64,000 bases of DNA from Octopus vulgaris (taxonomy: Eukaryota), in contig OX597833.1 in assembly GCA_951406725.2 (NCBI GenBank), forward strand, positions 61,504,001 to 61,568,000, written 5' to 3'. The translations under genes were made by a program, and so were the position numbers. The notes beneath the pieces were generated by a model. The model was given only the letters and a program-made list of their open reading frames with translations. It had not been told where the DNA came from and searched no databases. How positions within the stretch are numbered: the stretch's first letter is position 1; every line of letters starts with the position of its first letter. Of the stretch, positions 1-64,000 are shown piece after piece.

Positions 1-3000
1 AAGAACCAGAAAAAAAGAAATCTGATTAGTGTTTAGTTAAAGCTTGTTTACATTGGCTTGTCAGATAAATTTGTCCATTTATTTTAACCTTTCAGCATTA
101 TTGTTCTGTCAAATGGAATCCGCATTTATTCACATTGTTTGGAATTAATCGCAATATCTTGTAGCCTCAAAACTTTTATGTGACTGATTATTTTTAGAAT
201 GGCATTGTAGGGTAGGTGTCATAGGCTAGATCTGGGCAGTTTGAAAATAAAACTGGGAGATTTCTTGGGCTGGATGTGGCCAATTTAAACAGTAATGGGT
301 TAATTAACAATTTAAATTAACGCAAGAAGTATTTTTATCGTATTTTTTGTTGTTTTAGTTTTGTTTCTCTCACCAACCGATTGTGGCTGTTGCCAGCCTC
401 CCCTGGCACCTGTGCTGGAGGCACGTAAAAAGCACCCACTACACTCACGGAGTGGTTGGCATTTGGAAGGGCATCAAGCTGTAGAAACACTGCCAGATCA
501 GACTGGAGCCTGGTGCAGCCTCCTGGCTTCCCAGACCCCGGTCGAACCGTCCAACCCATGCTAGCATGGAAAACGGATGTTAAACGACGATGATGATGAT
601 GATGATTCTTCCTGTAAAAATTTTGTTTTAATCTGAATAAATTTTACCTATTTCCAGGCATAAATTGATGAATTGCCAAGTAAAAAAAAAAAATGCAAAA
701 TAAAAAAACAAACAAAAACGAATGAATTTATCTGACAGCCCAAAATTTTATTTTAAAATTTCATTTTCTTCTCTTCAAACATTGCATGGACCAACAATTC
801 TGTTTCAAGATTCAAGTTACATGTCAAAATTGTTCAGATTTGGATACAGCATCAGGTGACACCCTAAGCCCGTCCTCGGTTCTCGTCAATGACTTCTTCG
901 AGAGTCTCAAAAAACAGAGTTAGGAAGAGTTCAATGTCAAACAGTTGGTGTTACACAAGGAATTAGATTTGATCTTCAGGGATCAAAGACAAATTGTTTC
1001 GTAAGCACAACAGCGGGAGTACCAACAAGTCAGAAGGCCAGGTCTAGAAAGGAGAAACTGTTTAACTCTATATAAACTGCAGTAATTCTTAATTGGTGCT
1101 TCAATTTATCAACGCAGGGAACAATAAATGTAAACTGAATCCCCAGTTGTATTAGTAGTAGTAGTAGTAGTAGTGATAACAGCAATGATTCTCATTTTGA
1201 CACAAGGCAGGTCATTTTGAGAAGAGGGAGCAAGTTGATAACACTGACCCCAGTACTCCCAATAAGGATGAAAAGCAAAATTTATCTTGGCAGAATTTGA
1301 ACCCGGCGTGTTAAGAGCATTAAGTGGTGCCAAGTATTTTGTTTGAGTTGCTAACAATTCTACCAGCTTGCTAGTAAAATTGTTAGCATCAATAATGGTT
1401 TTGTAGTACCAATAATGGTTTGTAGTACCAACAATGGCTTTGAATTTTGGCATAAGGCCAGCAATTCAAGGGAAGGGGTAAGTCAATTACATCTACCCCA
1501 TAACTAACCTCAGTGGAATTTGAACTCAGAACATAAAGATGGATAAAATACCTATTTCTTTATTGCCCACAAGGGGCTAAACATAGAGGGGAAAAACAAG
1601 GACAGACAAAGGGATTAAGTCAATTAGATCGCGCCCCCCCCCCCCCCCAGTGCATAACTGGTACTTTTTTCATTCACCCCGAAAGGATGAAAGGCAAAGT
1701 TGACCACAGTGGAATTTGAACTCAGAATGTAAGGACGGACAAAATACTGTCCAGCATATTAATAAGTCTTCCAGCTCACCACCTTAATAATAACAATAAT
1801 TTCAAATTTAGCCACAAAGGAAGTAATTTTGGGGGAGGGGACAAATCGAGTACATCAGTCCCAGTCTTCAACAGGTACTTATTTTATCGACCCTGAAAGG
1901 ATGAAAAGCAAAATCAGCCACAGCGGAATTTGAACTCAGAACATAAGGACAAAATACCGCTAAGCATTTCGCCCAGGGTGCCAATGGTTCACCAGCTTGC
2001 TGCCTTAATAATAATAATAATAATCCCTACTTACAAATGCACAAGGCCACAATTATTGCTAGGTAGGGGCTGTAGCTAATTTTGTCTTGGGTGCCACTTT
2101 ATTTTCTTAATGAAAGGATAAACTACAAAATTTAACTCAGTGCAAGCTTTGACTTAAAATATAACTTTTATATATTTCCTGTGTATAAAGCCAGACATGC
2201 ACAGAAGTATATATGTGAGTGTACATATATGTATACACACACACATATATATATATATATGTGTGTGTGATCAGACTCTGAAGAAACCTATGTTAGCCTG
2301 TGTCAGTAAAATTTGTATTATTTAGTAAAATCAATCAAAAGAGCACGACAAACTTGCTGTGGGAAATGGAAAAAAAAATCCAGTGTTTTGGAGAGTTCCT
2401 CGTTCAGGAAAAAGTTTAAAGGAGAGAAATTAATGAGAGAAACCAGAATCGTACATTCTCTAAGTTGGAAAAACTAGCTTTAGTTGGAAAAATTTATAGA
2501 TCGCAAAACTATCATTTTCCTATACAGAAGGACTGTCCAAAACAGATTTTCCACTCCCCCTGCTAAGTTCACTCTATGTTTTTTTTATTATTAATACATA
2601 CATGATACACACACACACACACATATATATATAAATAAAATAAAGAAGTCCTGATCTTTAATTGTGAAGGAAACTTGAGGAAGGAGGTAGACTCAGGAAG
2701 ACAAGGGACAAAGTGGTAAGAAAGGACCTTCATGTGTTGGGCCTCACAGTGGAGGTGACAGGAGACCAAGACATTTGGTTGCATGCTATGCTTGGGAAGA
2801 CATGTCAAGCTCAATAAAACTGTGGCTGTCCATACAAACAGGTATGTCCTCTATATCCCTCTCTCAGGCAAGGGGGCCTTCTTTTCAGGGCTTGCAGGTG
2901 CTGATGTCAGGTAAAAGCATTTGTTAGTGCCACACAAAAGCACCCATGGCAGTGTCAAGTAAAAGCACTTGTGCCGTAAAAGCACCCAGTACACTTTGTG

Positions 3001-3225
3001 ACGTGGTTGGCATTATTAAGAAGGGTATCCAACTGTAGAAATCATGGCAAATTAGACAACTGGGACCTAGGCAGCTCCCGGCAAACTGTCTAACCCATGC
3101 CAGCAGGGAAAACAGATGTTAAATGATAATGATATATATATATATATAATAATAATATTAGGGAGTAAATCCAAACTTACAGGGAAAAATTAGATTTAGG
3201 ATTAAATTTAATTTTATAGTATAAA

Positions 3226-3337
3226 TATATATATTAAATTAGAGATAAAACCACTATTCGGCAAATCTATGTATTGGTTTATGATTTTCACTGTTTGATT
3301 TGCCGAATAGTGGTTTTATCTCTAATTTAATATATAT
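3226..3337. repeat. About 41-bp perfect inverted repeat within a (TA)n-flanked element
   Basis: ATTAAATTAGAGATAAAACCACTATTCGGCAAATC ... GATTTGCCGAATAGTGGTTTTATCTCTAATTTAAT. Confidence 0.88.
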
Positions 3338-4139
3338 ATATATATATATATCCACTTGAAAAGCAAATACAACACAGTACATAGCTACTTGATAGACAGA
3401 AGTGTGGGAGGGTGTTAAATATTTCTTTTTAACTTTGACAAAGCAATCTTGAAAAATGGAAAGAAAAAGTAGTAATCAAGTGGTCCCAGGTTCAGTTCCA
3501 CTGCACAGCCCCTAGGGCAGGTGTCATCCATAGCCATGGGCTGACTGATGCCTAGTGAGTGAATTTGGTAGATGTAAACTGGAAGCCCGTTGTATATACA
3601 TGTTTGCCCCCACCCCACCTACCAGCTGTTAATTCTTTACACCCCTGTAACTTAGCTGTCCAGCAAAAGTGACCAAGGGACTAAGTACCAGAAATCAAAA
3701 ACAAAAAAAAAAAAGTCCTGGGGGTCAATTTGAGTAAACTCAAGGCAGTGCCCAGCATGGTTGCAATCCAATGATTAAAACAAGTAAAAAGATATGTTAA
3801 AAAAAGAAAAAGAAGATCCCAGTTTTGTTCCCTGCCCCTTTCCTGAAAGTTAATACTCATAATTGTTTTTATTAATTAACCAATTCTATTAAAATCTCAT
3901 TAGGCGATTCGTTATAATGAACAACTGAAATTAAAAAGTATTTTGGCCGTTTGTTGAATTCTCTTTTATTTCAATTTTATTAATTCATTAAGCTGTAAAC
4001 GACATCAATAAATCAATCACATTGAAATAGCATTGATCGTCCAACATAAAATATATAACAACTAGTAAAAGACAAGCTGGAATTAGATTTGAGATTTGGT
4101 TTTTTTTTGTTACATTTATACCTGCCAAATTAAGAAAAT

Positions 4140-4613
4140 AATAATAATAATAATAATCCTTACTACTATAAGGCAGAAGGCCTGAAATTTGCAGGGGAGA
4201 GGGGATAGTCAAATTTTATCGACCCCAGTGCTCAACTGGTACTTATATTATCGACCTGTAAAGATGAAAGGCAAAGTCGACTTTGGCAGAATTTGAACTC
4301 AGAATGTATAGATGGATGAAATACTGCTAAGATTTTTGTCCAGCATGCTACTGATTCTGCCAACTTGCTGCCTATAATAATAATAATAATAATAATAATC
4401 CTTTCTGCTATAGGCACAAGGCCTGAAATTTGTGGGAAGGGGACTAGTTGATTACATCGACCTCAGTGGTTAACTGGTACTTAATTTATCGACCCTGAAA
4501 GGATGAAAGGCAAAGTCGACCTCGGTAAAATTTGAACTCAGAATGTAGCAACAGGTGAAATACTGCTAAGCATATTGCCCAGTGTGCTAACGATTCTGCC
4601 AAGCTCACCACCC

Positions 4614-4649
<36 letters not shown>

Positions 4650-5725
4650 GTTTTAAATTTTGCCACAAGGGCAGCAATTTTTGGAGAGGGGATGAGTCGA
4701 TTACATTTACCCCAGTGTTTAACTGGTACTTAGTTTATCGACCCTGAAAGGATGAAAGGCAAAGTCGACCTTGGTGGGATTTGAACTCAGAATGTAAAGA
4801 CGGACAAAATACCAAGCATTTCACCCAGCATGCTAACGATTCTGCCAGCTCACCACCTTTATTAATAATAATAATAATAATAGTAATGATGATGACAATG
4901 ATAATAAATAATGTTAATTTTTTGGAACGACGGTCAGCAAATTTGAAGGGATGGGGTGAGTTGGTTTCATCAACTTCCTTATTTGACTGGTACTTTATTT
5001 TATCAATCTCGAAAAGGGTGAAAGGCAAAGTTTACCTTGGCAGAATTTGAACTCAGAATGTAAAGAATCAGAAGAAATACTGCTAAGCATTTTGATGTGC
5101 AACCGATTCTGCCAGCTCACCATTTTAACAAGAATAATTCTAATGTAGAAACAAGGCCTGCAATTTTATGGGGAGGGGAAAGTCGATTACATCAACCCCA
5201 GTGGTCAACCCAGAAAGGATGAAAGACAACATTGGCCTTGCAGGATTTGAACTCTGAATGTCAAGCCACTGGGTATATCATCTGGCATACTAATGGTTCT
5301 GCCAACTTCCCATTTTAATAATAATAATAATGATAGTTTCAAATTTTGGCACAAGGCCAGCATGTTTGGGGGAGGAGGCAAATTGAGTACATCAACCCCA
5401 GTGTACAACTGGTACTTATTGCATCAACCCAGAATGGATGAAAAGCAAAGTTGGCCTTGCAGGATTTGAACTCTGAATGTCAAGCCACTGGGTATATCGT
5501 CTGGCATACTAATGGTTCTGCCAGCTTCCCATTTTAATAATAATAATAATGGTTTCAAATTTTGGCACAAGGCCAGCAAATTTGGGGGAGGAGGCAAATC
5601 AACCCCAAAAACATGAAAGGCTGAGCTGACCTCAGTGGAATTTGAGCTCAGAACGTAGAAACAGACAAAATGCCACTAAGCATTTCACCTGGCATGCTAA
5701 CGACTCTGCCAGCTTGCTGCCTTAA
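4140..5725 (-). repeat. Head-to-tail array of about 7 SINE-A-type units separated mostly by (AAT)n; similar clusters at about 1150-2150 and 50850-51925
   Basis: Repeating GAAAGGATGAAAGGCAAAGTCGAC..GAATTTGAACTC..GCCAGCT units of about 190-260 bp. Confidence 0.9.
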
Positions 5726-5984
5726 TAATAAGAATAGTAATTAGTTAAAGAAAAAAAAAAATGTCCATTACATTGCATTGATTTCTTTCAAAATTCCACT
5801 AGATTCTAAAGAGAAGCTCAAATTAAATAGAGAGGCCTTAACAGGGATGATAAAAAAAAAAAAAAAAAGAATCTTAAATTATTAGAAAAATAGAGCATTC
5901 TTCACAACTAAATCTTTTTAACATTTTTTAATTTCGATTTTCTTTTTGAAAATAAATAATTTGCCCAAGAAATAAAAACATTTT

Positions 5985-7718
5985 TTTTTTAAATTGTTTT
6001 TTTATTTATTAAATACACATTAAGATGAAAAATTGAGGGAAAAAAAAAAAAAAAAAAAAAAACTAAAACACTTAATGTAGTAACAGGAGATATTTAAACT
6101 GAAAGATTTGACTAAGTAAATATCAAAGCCGACTTCAAGCACTGTCAATGATTCTGTTAGCATCCTACAAACATTTGTTTTAAATTAACAGAAGGCTGGA
6201 GTAAAAGAGCTTCTTTGTGTGGCTGCTGGACTTAAATAGAAACAGGCTTATCATTATTATTATTTAGGTTTGCAGATGAACAAAAGATGTTGAAGAAGTG
6301 ATTTAGATCAAGATTAGGTTATGGTGCAGTGCAAATTACATTGAAAGGGGTCGGAGGAATTTTTCTTTTTTTTTTTTTTAAAGGAGACAGCGAGTAAAAA
6401 GGGGGCTGATAATGAAATTTAGAAAGCTAATGTTACATTAAATAACATGGTTTATATATATATATATATATTTTTTCAATTTCATTTTATTTGAGGTTCC
6501 TGATCCTCAAATAAAACCACCCCAAAATCGAATTTTTTTTTTTTTCAGTAAATTTTCTCTGATGAACAAAAAAAAAAAAAAAAAAATTCAGAGAAAGGTT
6601 AGTTTTACCTGTCTGTGTGTCTAAGAGCTGAATGTATTTTAGAGTCTTATATAAAGCTGAGATTAGCAATTAATCTAATTAATCTTTGTTGCTGTTTGCT
6701 GTTTTTGTTGTGATTTCTCTCACACTTGATATAGTTGTAGAAAAAAAAGATCTGAGGAAGGAGGGGTGGGCGAGGGGGGAAATCTGTCGACAAATGAAGC
6801 AGGAAAACAAAATGTTTAGCTTTTCACAAATTACAAAAATAAAAGTGAGGCAGGAGAGAGAGAGAGAGAGAAGGGGAAAGACAAAGGGAAGGTGAGAGAG
6901 AGTGAGAGAGAGAAGAGACTGTGATGGGTTGTTAGGATGGGAGCAGACAGTTTGTAGGTTTTATTTTTTTTCGATAAGGAAATTTGCCTGAGAAGAGCAT
7001 GGAATGAGCAGTTTTTGAAGAGTAGTAGTAATAATAATAATAATATTAATAATAATAATAAGATTGATGAGGAAAACAAAGGAAATGATGGTTCGTAGTT
7101 AAACAATGAATAAATTATTGAATATTCATCACCGATCAACCAAGCAGCACCTTGAACGGTACTAGACAGAAATCAATCACCACAGTGGGTTAGCACTGCA
7201 GACTATAACAAACAGAAGAGAAGGTATTACACACACATATACACACACACACACATAGAGATGTATATATGTGTGTGTGTGTATAATGTGGGTGAAAGAG
7301 AGGGCAAGGCCAATGCAGAGAGAGGGAGGAACACCGTCATGACCGACACAGTCTTGCCCAGTTCAGTGTACAAAACAAAAACATAACTACAAAATAAACA
7401 GTTCGTCTATATTACTACATTGAATATTTTAAAAAATCTTTTTTTTCTTTATTTTAAAATAAAATTAAAAAAAAAAAACAAGGTTTTTAGAGAAACAAAC
7501 AGAAAAAAAAAAGACAATAGTTGTTATTGTTTCTCATTTGTTTTGTTTTGTTATTTTTTGTTGTTTTTTTTTTTAAATATTACACTTCATTTTTTTTTTA
7601 TCTCCATGGAAGTTCCTTTTTAATATTACCATGGTAACAAATTTAAATAAAGGGAAATCCATCAAAGCACAACACCCCTTGGAGGGGGGGAAAAAAAACA
7701 AAAAAAAAAAAACCAGTC
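5985..7718 (-). other. Putative 3' UTR of the USP15-like gene
   Basis: TE-free, U-rich stretch after the stop; AATAAA on the minus strand near 6001-6010; true end uncertain. Confidence 0.5.
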
Positions 7719-59694
<51,976 letters not shown>

Positions 59695-61872
59695 CTGAAA
59701 TTATAAAGTAAAAGATTGTATGCCAGTCATGCCATCAACTCTGCAAAAGAATTGGATAAGAAACAGCGAAATAATGCAACAGTTTTGATGTCTTAATTGA
59801 AAGAAATATATTTTGAATTTTGCTATATACTGGGACAATTGTTATGCCAATAACCTATATATGCTAGGGAAGCAAGTTGGCAGAATTGTTAGCACACTGA
59901 GCAAAATACTTAGCAGCATTTCATCTGTCTTTACATTCAGAGTTCAAATTCCGCTGAGGTCGACTTTGCGTTTCATCCATTTGGGGTCAATAAAGTAAGT
60001 ACTAGTTGGACACTAGTGTCAATGTAACCAATTTAGTCCTACTCTGAAATTACTGAATACTAATCGGTTAAAAAAAAAAAGGGGCCTCACCATAATATTG
60101 TGTTTTACTGAACATGTCAATAGTGATTTCAAATTTTGGCACAAAGCCAGCAATTTTGGGGGGAGGGGCTAAGTCAATTACATCGACCCCAGTGCTCAAC
60201 TGGTTTCTTCTTTTACTGACCCCCAAAAGGATGAAAGGCAAAGTTGACCTCAGCAGAATTTGAACTCAGAACATGCTGCTAAACATTTTGTCCAGTATGC
60301 TAGTGCTTCTGCCAGCTCACCACCTCTGGACATGTCAATATTGCAAACATTTTCTACTGTGTATTGACAAAACAATGTCTCTCACTCTCTTAATGAACCA
60401 GAAGTTAATGACGGCATTAATAATAGCCTACTCTGGCTTTATTAACGAGAAGCGGAAAGATAAACAAGCCAAAAAAAGAACACCAGTTTTAATTAATGAG
60501 ATGTTGGCCATCGTACAGAACTTTCCAAGGATAATGAAGTCAGTCATTCCGTTTGTGTTGAGATGAAACAAAACAAGTGTGAGTGACAAGGGAAATATGA
60601 ACTCACAACCCATGGATCAGAATGCTACCCACATGTAAATGTGTGAATGTAAAAAGGATCGATCGATCAAAACCCTAATTAAAGGAATTCAAACCTTGGT
60701 CATTTTAACCCTCAGACTACATTATGCAAATATATTTTACAACACAGTAGAATGTAGTTTGAGGGAGGTTTAGTTGCTACATCTTGCATATAGAGACATT
60801 TCTTGGAACCTCGTTTTTTTGTAGACCCTTTCCTCAAACCAGCTCCCTCTGTAATGTTACCGAAATATTTCCAATCTGCTATTAAATCTCCCTCCTTTTC
60901 ATCTATAATGATACTAGTTTCCAAACTAACCCATACCCATTACAATAACTGATATCATTTATCCGAACGCCCCTGTATCTAACCAAGGGACTTCTCACCT
61001 TCCTCAGTTCTGCTGTGTTTCAACATCAGACAAAGTAATTTGATCTGTGATCAACAAAGAGGGAAGGTGGGGGGATTGTAAATCAGCTGTACTTTCCAGG
61101 TTTTAATTATATAACTATGTTGTATTAGTCACACAGTACTAGGAAATAACTAAAGAGGAATAAAAATACACTGCAGATAAACAAGGTGGGAGAAAGAAAT
61201 AGTGCTAACTTCTCTGATTTCCTAACAATCAGGTGAGAAGTGTGGTTAAAGCAATGGGGCTAAGTCACAACATGATTCATTAATTACTAGAAGCGCAATC
61301 CAGTTGAAGCATTTCGTGACAGGGGAAAAAAAATCCATGTATTGGATTTATATACATACTCTTGACTCACCTCAAAAAAAAAAAAAATAGAGTGGGAACA
61401 CCAAACAGTCACTTGACCTATTGTAAGAAACAACCAAATCTCCTCAAATCACAACCTATTGTCTTAAAACAGGAAGGTCACAGTTGTATACTCAAGTCTG
61501 AAAGTGGGATGGTTGAGGGAATGTTTTCAATAATAAGTTTGCTCAGTCAAGCCTGACCTAGAGCTAACTACAATATAACAAATATGTATATAATTGAGGA
61601 AGTAACTTTAACTGAGACAACCTGTCCAACTCATACTGGCATGGAAAATAGATACTCTTTTACTCTTTTACTTGTTTCAGTCATTTGACTGCGGCCATGC
61701 TGGAGCACCGCCTTTAATCGAGCAACTTGACCCCGAGACTTATTCCTTTGTAAGCTCATACTTATTCTATCAGTCTCTTTTGCCGAACCGCTAAGTAACG
61801 GGGACATAAACACACCATCATCGGTTGTCAAGCAATGCTAGGGGGACAAACACAGACGCACAAACACACACA

Positions 61873-61917
<45 letters not shown>

Positions 61918-64000
61918 GACGGGCTTCTTTCAGTTTCCGTCTACCAAATCCACTCACAAAGCATTGGTTGGCCCGAGGCTATAGTAGAAGACACTTGCCC
62001 AAGGTGCCACGCAGTGGGACTGAACCCGGAACCATGTGGTTGGTAAACAAGCTACCTACCACACAGCCACTCCTATAATAATAATAATATGATGATGAGG
62101 ATTATAAACACCAAAAGGGACAACTGCTAGGACTTATAAATATAATATTCAATACTTTGAAACCCAATATATACTTGGAGCAAAGACCAAACTTTGGTAT
62201 TTTTCAGAGGAATCTGTAAGAAGATTATTACTATCCTATATGAAAATTACTGGCTAGATTCAGTCTGGACAAATGAATTGAGGTTAAGCATGACACAGGC
62301 CATGATAAAAATAACAACAGTTGCAATACAAACATTAAGTATAGAGTGAATAGTCTCATCACAGACAATAATAAATCACTAACAGACAGGAGATTAAGCC
62401 AGCAAAATAATGAGAGAGGACAATGGCCATTTAAATTAAATCTTCTTTATTTATAAGTGATGTAGCTTTAGAAACTGTGTTGGTAGAGACTAGCAAGAGT
62501 TCAATCCCTAGGAACAATTATGAAAGGATGATATGTGAAATGCTTGGTGAAATATTACCAAAAGTGTAAGATGGATCTTCTAACCGTTTAGCATTCAGAT
62601 TATTGTCATATGGAAAGAATTGAAATTATCTTGAATTAATCATGCATTATCTTTTAGCTTTGAAATTTTGATGATGTGATTATTTTCATAATGACCGTGG
62701 CCGTTGCCAGCGCTGCCCCGACTGGCCTCCGTGCCGGTGGCACGTAAAAAGCACCATCCGTCCGTGGCCATTTGCCAGCCTCGCCTGGCCCCCGTGCCGG
62801 TGGCATGTAAAAAGCACCATCCAACTGTGGTCGTTTGCCAGCCCCGTCTGGCACCTGTGCTGGTGGCGCGTAAAAAGCACCCACTACACTCACGGAGTGG
62901 TTGGCGTTAGGAAGGGTCCGTACCCACCATCCGCAGCAGGTCTCCAAGGTGTACAGATCAGACTGGAGCCTAGTGCAGCCTTCTGGCTTCCCAGACCGTC
63001 CAACCCATGCTAGCATGGAAAGCGGACATTAAACGATGATGATGATGATATAGGATAGGTGTGAGAGGCCAGATCTAGCCAGTATGAACATAAAAACATG
63101 TAGAATGTTTGGGCATGATATGGCCAGTTTAAATGCTAATGGGTTAATGCAGTGGTTCACAACCAGTTTTACTTATGAACTACTTCGATTCCTATTTTAC
63201 TCATGCGGACCCTCATAGTCAACTGATGTTTAAAAAAAACAATTATATTTTTAGAAACAAATTTTAGGAATTGTACCAAAAAAAATTGTTAAAATACTTG
63301 TGGGTTGTAGAACTTTAATCCTTTTGATACCAACCTGGATGAAAGTGCCTCTGGCTCTGTAGTACAAATGTCTTGTTTTCAAAAGTTCTTAATTAAAATC
63401 TTCCCCCAAACCTTAGTCACAATTTATGTTCCTAACATAACTAAGTTATTTTACTAAACTTTTTGTAATATTTAAAATTGATTGAAAGAAACACAGAGCA
63501 TCTCAACAGAAATATGGTAACAAAAGGGTTAACCAGTTTATTGAACATAAAAATTTTAGCAACAACATATGTGGACCCCCAAAGGTCATATAGCTTAGCA
63601 GTAAAAGGACAACCATGACTGTTGAGAAAAAGTTACCCTCTGACTGGGGACCAGGACTGAATGTTGAAGTCCCCTAAAGACCAGGTGACTGTGTTCAACT
63701 ACAACTAAGATAGTACTTTAAGTAAAAGTTTTAGGAATAAGGAATTCAAGCTAAAACTAAATCAGTTTTGAAGAATTACTATTCAAAATACTGGCATAAT
63801 TTCTTTAAAAAGTAAAAACAACATAAGGTCAAAAATGACCTAACTTGAAATGACATATGTTGAGGTATTTATTATATATTTCAGAAATGCATAACATATG
63901 TGCATGTGTGCACATATTTGCATGTAAACATTGTGTGTGTGTGTGTGTAGTACATGTGCTCTTCAAAAAATAGCTCAATCAAGTGACCGGGAAAATAGAA

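Noticed and set aside
59695-64000. USP15 exon 1 or promoter
   Set aside because: No exon ending in a phase-2 TG|GT with a plausible N-terminal DUSP sequence was found; probably outside the window.

Overview
AT-rich, repeat-dense animal genomic DNA; the repeat families and gene style point to a coleoid cephalopod, probably Octopus (inference). Most of the window is one minus-strand multi-exon gene encoding a USP4/USP11/USP15-family deubiquitinase. I traced 22 coding exons by hand from 59694 to the TAA at 7719: all have GT-AG junctions with consistent phases, total 3052 nt, and give DUSP-UBL-linker-Cys box-UBL2-insert-His box-acidic tail. Exon 1 was not found and probably lies beyond 64000. Introns hold two tRNA-derived SINE families, many 3'-UTR fragments of an RTE LINE, TTAA piggyBac-type MITEs, non-autonomous Helitrons, a CR1 RT fragment nested in RTE remnants, a HERO/R2-type 3' end, a mariner relic and a 28-bp GC-rich minisatellite. 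Most notable: (1) a near-identical 432-bp duplicate of the catalytic Cys-box half-exon with its donor and a new in-frame ATG; (2) a tandemly amplified hairpin/pseudoknot module in the RTE 3' UTR; (3) a recurrent GGTA junction preference of SINE family A; (4) a layered LINE nest with a preserved empty-site copy. No prokaryote-type system such as CRISPR is present.
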